Positions 58,207-64,000 of a stretch of 64,000 nt of DNA are shown here, piece after piece; the first letter of the stretch is position 1, and the number at the start of each line of letters is the position of its first letter. A program made the position numbers and the translations under genes. The DNA is from Actinomycetota bacterium (lineage in GTDB: Bacteria > Actinomycetota > Acidimicrobiia > Spongiisociales > UBA11373): NCBI GenBank assembly GCA_043810615.1, contig JBDROA010000007.1, positions 1,390-65,389 on the forward strand, read 5' to 3'. The notes beneath the pieces are model-generated. The model searched no databases. It was given only the letters and a program-made list of their open reading frames with translations, and was not told the DNA's origin.

Positions 58207-58959
58207 TCAGGCGACCGACTGCGCCTGCCAGTCGGCGACCGTCCCCTGGATCCATTCCTGGGCCCGGCCGAGGACCGCAGCGGCGTCGTCGCCGAAGCGA
58301 GGAATGGGATCGCCGAAGCGGATGCGGATCCTGGTGCCGAAGGGTATGGGAAACAGGCGGTCGCGGAGCAACTTCCAAGAACCGTCGATGGCGGTGGGCA
58401 CCACCGCCAGGCGGTGGGCGGCCGACAGCAACGCCTCGCTCCCCGCCTGCTTGAACTGCCTCAGCCGTCCGTCGCGGCTGCGGCTGCCCTCCGGGAAGAT
58501 GACCACGCTGACGCCGCGATCCTGGGCGGTGCACGCCATCGTCGTGATCGCCTCCACCGCCTGGGCGCGGTCGCGGCGGTTGATGACGGCGTTGCCGCCC
58601 CAGCGCAGGTTGAGCGAGATGCTGGGAATCCAGCGCCGCAGTTCCCGCTTGGCCACATACTTGGGGTAGTTGGTGAACAGCAACCCGCCGATGAAGACCG
58701 GGTCGAACATGCTCTGGTGGTTGGAGATGATGGCGTAGCCGCGGCCCGACTCGATGGCCGCCGACCGTTCCACTTCCACCCTGGTGCCGCAGATGCGGAG
58801 CAGGGCCATCAGGGTCCGCTGCAGCGCCGCCATCACCGCCTCGAAGGCCCGCATGCTGAACGGCCGGACGACCCGGCCGGCGATGTCGAACAGCAGGAGG
58901 CACAGGCCGAAGGCGATCAGGAACGGGACGGTGAAGAGCCAATCGCGGACGCGGCGCAC
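58207..58959 (-). CDS. 1-acyl-sn-glycerol-3-phosphate acyltransferase (PlsC-type)
   Basis: N-terminal TM. NHQSMFD (HxxxxD) and FPEGSRS blocks. Confidence 0.85.
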   Translation of the reverse strand: MRRVRDWLFTVPFLIAFGLCLLLFDIAGRVVRPFSMRAFEAVMAALQRTLMALLRICGTRVEVERSAAIESGRGYAIISNHQSMFDPVFIGGLLFTNYPKYVAKRELRRWIPSISLNLRWGGNAVINRRDRAQAVEAITTMACTAQDRGVSVVIFPEGSRSRDGRLRQFKQAGSEALLSAAHRLAVVPTAIDGSWKLLRDRLFPIPFGTRIRIRFGDPIPRFGDDAAAVLGRAQEWIQGTVADWQAQSVA

Positions 58960-59066
58960 GCCGGCAGGTTAGGGCGCCGCCGGAGGCTACGCCGGCCCCC
59001 GGCCGAGGTTTCCGCACCCGTTCGTTCCCGACGGCGCCGCCCGGCCGTTCAATGCCCCGGCCGGCA

Positions 59067-59381
59067 TCAGCATCCCGCGGCCACCCGCAGAGCGCGGCAC
59101 ACCTCGGCCATGCGGGCCGGGGACAGCCGGGCCTGAAGGCCGGCGAAGTAGGCCTTGTCGGCAAGGGTGACGTTGTCGAGGGTGACGGCGCACTCCGTCG
59201 GCATGCCGTCGTCGTGGTCCAAGAGCACCTCGGTCGGGAGGCCCCGGATACGCCGGGTAACGGGGGCTACCAGCAGGGTTCGCAGCACCGGCACGGCGGC
59301 CTCACGGGTCAGCACCAGCACCGGGCGCCGTTTGCCGGGCATCTCCACCCACCAGACCTCCCCGCGGTGGGGATGGCTCAC
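59067..59381 (-). CDS. type II toxin, MazF/PemK (CcdB-fold) endoribonuclease family
   Basis: MSHPHRGEVWWVEMPGKRRPVLVLTRE...; 104 aa. Its start overlaps the antitoxin stop (ATGA). Confidence 0.85.
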   Translation of the reverse strand: MSHPHRGEVWWVEMPGKRRPVLVLTREAAVPVLRTLLVAPVTRRIRGLPTEVLLDHDDGMPTECAVTLDNVTLADKAYFAGLQARLSPARMAEVCRALRVAAGC

Positions 59382-59626
59382 CAGGGCTCCTCCTCGATGA
59401 GGGCCCGGGTGGCCGCTGCGGCCAGCGCTACCTCGTCGTCAGTCTGCGGCCTCCGGGTGTAGCCCTCCACCATGCGCCGGTCGAGATCCTCCTGCTTGTG
59501 GGCAGTGAGCAGGGCCTCGAGGGCAGCACGCACGACCTCGGTACGGGAGGCGTACCGGCCCTGCGCCACGAGGACATCCACCGCGGCAACCACCCGATCT
59601 GCCAAGCGGAAGGCCACCGTCGTCAT
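59378..59626 (-). CDS. ribbon-helix-helix antitoxin (MazE/CopG-like)
   Basis: From ATG 59626: MTTVAFRLADRVVAAVDVLVAQGRYASRTEVVRAALEALL... A TATACT-like -10 element lies just upstream. Confidence 0.75.
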   Translation of the reverse strand: MTTVAFRLADRVVAAVDVLVAQGRYASRTEVVRAALEALLTAHKQEDLDRRMVEGYTRRPQTDDEVALAAAATRALIEEEPW

Positions 59627-59672
59627 ACGCCAAGTATAACGCTGCGTATGGCGGCCGGGAAGAGCCCCCGCT

Positions 59673-60806
59673 TCAGCGCGGGACGGCACTTCCCCCCAGC
59701 TTGGCCGCCACCGAGGCTGCCCCGCGCAAAGCGGTGCCGTCGGCCCCCACGGCGCTGAAGACCCGCCGGCCGGCCCGCGCCTCGGCGATCATCCCGGTCA
59801 GCAGGCCGTCCCAGCCGAGGGGCGGGTCGACCCACAGGTAGACGCTCAGGCTGCCGGGGATCGTGTTGATCTCGTTGACCCACACCTCGCCCCCTTGCTC
59901 GAGGAAGTCGATGCGGGCCACCGAGCGCACGGCGCATAGGCCGGCCACAGCGCGAGCCATCTCCCGAATGCGCTCCGCCAGGGCGTCGGGGATCTGGGCC
60001 GGCAGTTCCCGCGGCGAGGAGACGAGGCCGCCGCCCCCCGGGGAGAGGTACTTCTGAGCGTAGGTGTAGATGCCCCCTCTCGACCCTGCCCCCTTCCGCT
60101 CGGGGCGTTCGATGGTCGACAGATCCAGGGAGGGGTAGGTGCGCACCGCCACATTCAGGTCGCGGCCCTCCGCCAGGAACGGTTCGGCCACCGCCCCATC
60201 GCGCAACAGCGGGCTGGAAGCGGCCAGCGCCCGGGCGGTGGCGGCGTCCTCCACCACCTCGATGCCCAGCGAGGAGCCGCCGAAGCGGGGCTTCACTACA
60301 TACGGCGGGGCGAAGGGCAGGGGCTCCGGTTCCCGGGTCACCGCCACCCGGGGCAGGGTGGGCAGCCCCGCCCGGGCGGCCAGCGCGGTGAAGGCCAGCT
60401 TGTCCATCCCCAGGTAGGCCCCCACCAGGCTGGGGCCGGTATAGGCCAGGCCGGCCAGGTCGAAAGCGGCCTGGATGGTGCCGTCCTCACCGGGGCCGCC
60501 GTGGCAGCAGTTGACCACCACATCGAGAGGCAGCGGCTTGTGCTTGCGGAGGAAGCCGCCATCGGGCCCGGCTACCAGTTCCAGAGGAGTGGCCCCGCGC
60601 GGCACCCCCTCGGCAAAGGCCAGCGCCTCGAGACGGGGGTCGACGGCGTAGAACTCGCCGACCTTCGACCAGTAGAGGGCGGTCACTACCTTGGCGGCCC
60701 GGGTGAGCGACCGGGTCGCCTGGAGCCCGGTGAGGATGCTGATGTCGTGCTCCGGGGAGGGCCCCCCGAAGAGCACCGCCGGTCGGAGGTCGCTGGGGAT
60801 GGTCAT
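59673..60806 (-). CDS. ddl: D-alanine--D-alanine ligase (ATP-grasp)
   Basis: MTIPSDLRPAVLFGGPSPEHDISILTG...; ATP-grasp C-terminal ...ARIDFLEQGGEVWVNEINTIPG... 377 aa. Confidence 0.9.
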   Translation of the reverse strand: MTIPSDLRPAVLFGGPSPEHDISILTGLQATRSLTRAAKVVTALYWSKVGEFYAVDPRLEALAFAEGVPRGATPLELVAGPDGGFLRKHKPLPLDVVVNCCHGGPGEDGTIQAAFDLAGLAYTGPSLVGAYLGMDKLAFTALAARAGLPTLPRVAVTREPEPLPFAPPYVVKPRFGGSSLGIEVVEDAATARALAASSPLLRDGAVAEPFLAEGRDLNVAVRTYPSLDLSTIERPERKGAGSRGGIYTYAQKYLSPGGGGLVSSPRELPAQIPDALAERIREMARAVAGLCAVRSVARIDFLEQGGEVWVNEINTIPGSLSVYLWVDPPLGWDGLLTGMIAEARAGRRVFSAVGADGTALRGAASVAAKLGGSAVPR

Positions 60807-60848
60807 GGCCGGGGATGTTACGGCAGGCCGGGGCGATCCTCCGGCCGC

Positions 60849-62357
60849 CTACGGGTAGTGGTCGGGGAGGTCGTTCTCGTACAGGACGCCGTCGCCCTCT
60901 CCCAGGGAAGCGCTCACCCAGGCCACCGCCTCGGGGCGGTGGGCCACAGCGCGCACCCGGGCGTTCCCCTGCCGCCCCCCGGCCAGCAGGGCCCGGCGGT
61001 TGGTGCGGCCCACCACGACGAGGTCCGACACCCGGGTCGCGGCGAAGGCGGCCAGCGCCCCGTTCTCCGCCGCCTGGATGCGGCCCAACTCCACCATCCC
61101 GGGGGTCACCACCACGGTGCGCCCCGGCGCCGCGGCGATCAGGCGCTCCACCGCCGCCCGGGCCCCGGAGGGGTTGGAGTTGTAGGTATCGTCGATGATG
61201 AGCACACCGGCCTCGCTGCGCCCCTCGACCCCGCGGTGCTGCGGTCGGGGAAGGCTCCCCAGGCGCTCCCCGATGCGGGCCACCGGCACCCCCAGGGCGT
61301 GGGCTATCCCCGCGGCGCAGGCCACGTTCATGGGGAACACGCCCCCGGCGGGCAGGCGCCCTGCCTCCTCGCCCGCTACCCGCACCACCAGGGCATCTCC
61401 CTCCGCCAGCACGCTCACCTCGGCGTCGGTCGAGGCAGTCGAGCACCGCAGCACCCGCACCCCGGGCCGCCCCTCCACCGCCCGGCGCACCAGGGGATCG
61501 TCCCAGTTGGCCACGGCCGCCCGCGCTCCCTCGAGGATCTCGGCCTTCGCCCGGGCGATAGCCTCGAGCGAGCCGAAGCGCTCCAGGTGCACCGGGCCAA
61601 CCGCCGTCATCACCGCCACGTCGGGAGGGATCCAGCGGCAGAGGCCGGCAATCTCGCCAGGGCCGTAGGTGCCCATCTCGGCGATAAGCACCTCCACCCC
61701 GGGATCGAGGCCGTCGTTGATGGCCCGCGCCAGACCGAGGCGGTTATTGAACGAGGCCGGGGACGCCACTACGTGGAGGGTGCCGGCCACCAGGTGCCGG
61801 GCGTACTCCTTGGTGCTGGTCTTGCCGAACGAGCCGGTGATCGCCACCACCGTAGGGGCGGCGGCGCGCAGGCGGCGGGCGGCCCCCTCGACGAAGGCCC
61901 GGCTGAGCCGCCGCTCCAGCGGGGCGGTGGCCGCCAGGCCCAGGTCCACCGCCTGGGGCACGCCAAGGGCCGCCGCCACCGCCCCGGCGGCAAAAGAGCC
62001 GAAGGCAAACCCCGCCGCCGCCGCCCCGGCGAAGGCCACAGCCGCCACCCCCACCAGGCGCCGCAGCCGCGCCGTCCAGGCCAGTTCGGCGGTCCGTCCC
62101 CGCAGGCCCAGGCCGATCGGCCAGGCGAGCAGGCCTGCCGCCGCCGGCAGGGCCGCGTACGGCCACCAGAGAGTGGCTGCCGCTGCTCCGGCGGTAACCG
62201 CACCCAGCGCCAGGTTGAGGAGGGAGGAACGGAGCCAGCGCCCCTGGAAGCGGGTCACCGACCAGGGTATGTAGTGCTCACGCTGGCCCACCCGCAGCCA
62301 GCGGAGGGCGGCCCCCAAGCCCGCAGCCAGCAGCACCCAGGGAGCGGCCGCGGTCAC
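60849..62357 (-). CDS. Mur-ligase-family protein (MurF-like) with a roughly 150-aa N-terminal transmembrane region replacing the canonical N-domain
   Basis: P-loop ITGSFGKTSTKE. The central and C-terminal Mur ligase domains follow. The N-terminus has several TM helices (WVLLAAGLGAALRWL..., LLNLALGAVTAGAAAATLWW..., VGVAAVAFAGAAAAGFAFGSFAAGAVAAAL). Confidence 0.85.
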   Translation of the reverse strand: MTAAAPWVLLAAGLGAALRWLRVGQREHYIPWSVTRFQGRWLRSSLLNLALGAVTAGAAAATLWWPYAALPAAAGLLAWPIGLGLRGRTAELAWTARLRRLVGVAAVAFAGAAAAGFAFGSFAAGAVAAALGVPQAVDLGLAATAPLERRLSRAFVEGAARRLRAAAPTVVAITGSFGKTSTKEYARHLVAGTLHVVASPASFNNRLGLARAINDGLDPGVEVLIAEMGTYGPGEIAGLCRWIPPDVAVMTAVGPVHLERFGSLEAIARAKAEILEGARAAVANWDDPLVRRAVEGRPGVRVLRCSTASTDAEVSVLAEGDALVVRVAGEEAGRLPAGGVFPMNVACAAGIAHALGVPVARIGERLGSLPRPQHRGVEGRSEAGVLIIDDTYNSNPSGARAAVERLIAAAPGRTVVVTPGMVELGRIQAAENGALAAFAATRVSDLVVVGRTNRRALLAGGRQGNARVRAVAHRPEAVAWVSASLGEGDGVLYENDLPDHYP

Positions 62358-63100
62358 TCCAACCCCCCCGCCGGGCCGGGGAGATGCTCACCGATGGCCG
62401 CGGCCAGCGCCTCGGGGGCCTGGGCCGGGACGTCGTGGCCCACCCCGGCGAGCAGAGTGAGCCTCCCAGCGCCGATCAGGGTCAGGGCCCGGGTGGCCAC
62501 CGCCGGCGGCACCACCCGGTCCTCCTCCCCCCACACCAGGTGCACCGGGCAGGCGAGGGCGCACAGTTGCTCCTCGTAGGACTCCTCCACCACCCGCACC
62601 AGCACCTGCCGCATCACCCCCGAGGCGGCCCGGTAGTCGCCCGACCCGAAGCGGCGGCGGGCCTGCTCCAGGGTGTGCTCCGGCACCAGGCGCAGGCGCC
62701 GGGCGAGGCGCAGGGAGCGGTACCGGGGCGACACCCGGGGCCGGGCCCCGGGGAGGCGCACCAGGGGCACGCCGGCGAGCACCAGGGCGGCGACGGCTTC
62801 GGGCCGTCGCAGCGCCAGGTGCACCGCCACCCGCCCACCGAAGGAATGCCCCACGACCACCACGGGACCGCCGAAAACCTGCAGCGCCGGTTCCACCAGA
62901 GCGGCGTAGCCAGCAGCCCCCACGGCCTCGGCAGGCGCCGGAGTCGCCCCGAAGCCGGGCAGGTCCGGGGCCAGGCCCCCGGCGGCGGCGAGCACCCCGG
63001 CCCAATCGCGCCGGTCCCGCCCCCAGCCGTGCAGGGCGAGCACCGGAGCGGCGCCGCCGAAGCGCTCGGCGAAGAGGCCACCGATCAGCTCGAGGGGCAT
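62354..63100 (-). CDS. alpha/beta-fold hydrolase
   Basis: ATG 63100 with GGAGGA 4 nt upstream. MPLELIGGLFAERFGGAAPVLALHGWG...VVVGHSFGGRVA... Its stop overlaps the MurF-like start (ATGA). The ORF-track 5' extension to 63475 is Val/Ala junk. Confidence 0.8.
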   Translation of the reverse strand: MPLELIGGLFAERFGGAAPVLALHGWGRDRRDWAGVLAAAGGLAPDLPGFGATPAPAEAVGAAGYAALVEPALQVFGGPVVVVGHSFGGRVAVHLALRRPEAVAALVLAGVPLVRLPGARPRVSPRYRSLRLARRLRLVPEHTLEQARRRFGSGDYRAASGVMRQVLVRVVEESYEEQLCALACPVHLVWGEEDRVVPPAVATRALTLIGAGRLTLLAGVGHDVPAQAPEALAAAIGEHLPGPAGGLE

Positions 63101-63257
63101 GGATCCTCCAGGTCGCGGGGGTGGCGCCCCTCCGTCGCGGCGACGGCCGGGCCCATCCGCAGAGCCAATGGTACGCCCCCCGGAGGAGACTCCCCGGCCG
63201 GCAGGTTCCCTCCCGGCTGCTCCCCGGCGGTGTTGAATGGCACCCGGAGGTCCACTC

Positions 63258-64000
63258 ATGCGCCGCATCGTCCTCGTCCTGATCGTCCTCGCCGGGCTCA
63301 CCGCCGCCTGCGGCGACGACGACACCCTCAGCTCCACTACCACTGCCGCCACCAGCACCTCCGGAGGTGAGACGAGCACCACCACCGCCGCCGGGAGCAC
63401 TACCTCGTCGGTTTCCACGACCGAGGCCACGACCACCACGGCGGCAGTGACGACGACCACGGTGCCTGGGGCCACTCCCGTGGACTACTCCGGCTATTGC
63501 GTGCGCGGCACCGCCTCCAACGATGCCCTGAACGTGCGCTCCGGGCCGGGGACCGGCTTCGACGTGGTCGGAGAGCTCGCCTGGAACGCCGCCGACATTC
63601 CCGCCGGCGGTTTCGCCGCCCCCGACCCCCGCGGCCGCCTTTGGTTCCTGGTGGGCCACGAGGGCGGCATGGGCTGGGCAGCGAGCTGGTACCTGGAGCC
63701 GGCCCCGTGCGGAGCCGCCGTCATCACAGTGGCCCCGCTCGCCGGGCCCGACCTGCCCGATGCGCTGGCCGGCAGCCTGGTTCCCTGGACCGGGGTGAAC
63801 GAGACCTGGGCTCTGGCTCTGTACGCCCCCGACTGGGATGGCCCGCGTGCCCTCTACCTGCTCAGCCCCTTCGGCGACATCTTCGAGGTGTTCGCCTGGA
63901 CCGCAGGAACCGTCCGTCCCTACGCCCTCTACGACTGGCGCCCCGACGGCAAGGCGGTGCTCTCCCTCGTCGGCGTCGGGGACGGCGATAGGGAGATCCG
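63258..64000 (+). CDS. Thr-rich lipoprotein with an SH3b-like domain; 3' end beyond the window
   Basis: ATG 63258 with GGAGG 7 nt upstream. MRRIVLVLIVLAGLTAACGDD (lipobox), TTT linker, ...YCVRGTASNDALNVRSGPGTGFDVVGELAWN... (SH3_3-like). It is open to the window end and absent from the ORF track. Confidence 0.6.
   Translation, partial: MRRIVLVLIVLAGLTAACGDDDTLSSTTTAATSTSGGETSTTTAAGSTTSSVSTTEATTTTAAVTTTTVPGATPVDYSGYCVRGTASNDALNVRSGPGTGFDVVGELAWNAADIPAGGFAAPDPRGRLWFLVGHEGGMGWAASWYLEPAPCGAAVITVAPLAGPDLPDALAGSLVPWTGVNETWALALYAPDWDGPRALYLLSPFGDIFEVFAWTAGTVRPYALYDWRPDGKAVLSLVGVGDGDREI

Overview
High-GC (roughly 70%+) Actinobacteria-type chromosomal segment, densely coded with about 65 protein genes. 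Many neighbours overlap by 4 nt (ATGA/GTGA), which suggests translationally coupled operons. The ORF track accepts GTG starts and extends every ORF to the furthest upstream start, so many listed ORFs are over-extended; the long Arg/Gly/Pro/Ala-rich ORFs are antisense or off-frame artefacts. No rRNA, no confident tRNA, no CRISPR array and no transposase or integrase was found. Gene content, left to right: a GH13 amylase-family gene truncated by the window edge; a DtxR-family regulator with a palindromic operator over its start, upstream of a FeoB-like membrane protein lacking the G-domain; two head-to-head paralogous ABC-2 exporter operons; a redoxin; a tandem pair of Thr-rich membrane-anchored proteins (the second frameshifted); a Zn-alcohol dehydrogenase and a mycothiol-type MDMPI-domain protein flanked by a short dispersed repeat family and a tRNA-T-arm-like remnant; a small RHH protein and a DUF1918-like micro-protein; a two-gene fused-subunit 2-oxoacid:ferredoxin oxidoreductase; an ABC exporter followed by membrane-anchored hydrolases; a lipoprotein with a peptidoglycan-binding domain; an indolepyruvate:ferredoxin oxidoreductase (IorAB) plus NDP-forming acyl-CoA synthetase operon; a Rossmann-fold protein, a radical SAM protein and an acyl-CoA dehydrogenase; a DUF4328, methyltransferase, amidohydrolase and EamA string; class I fumarase; a Thr-rich lipoprotein next to a multiply frameshifted paralog; a candidate uncharacterised three-gene coupled operon with a divergent XRE regulator, whose third gene has a Cys/His-rich domain and a paralog 7 kb away; an ABM monooxygenase; a DUF3068 protein; an HtrA protease; an HxlR regulator with a cupredoxin lipoprotein; a flavin reductase; two PlsC-type acyltransferases; an epimerase with an internal out-of-frame segment; Lrp; an MBL hydrolase; DUF3795; a MazEF toxin-antitoxin pair; and a Ddl, membrane-anchored MurF-like ligase and hydrolase operon.
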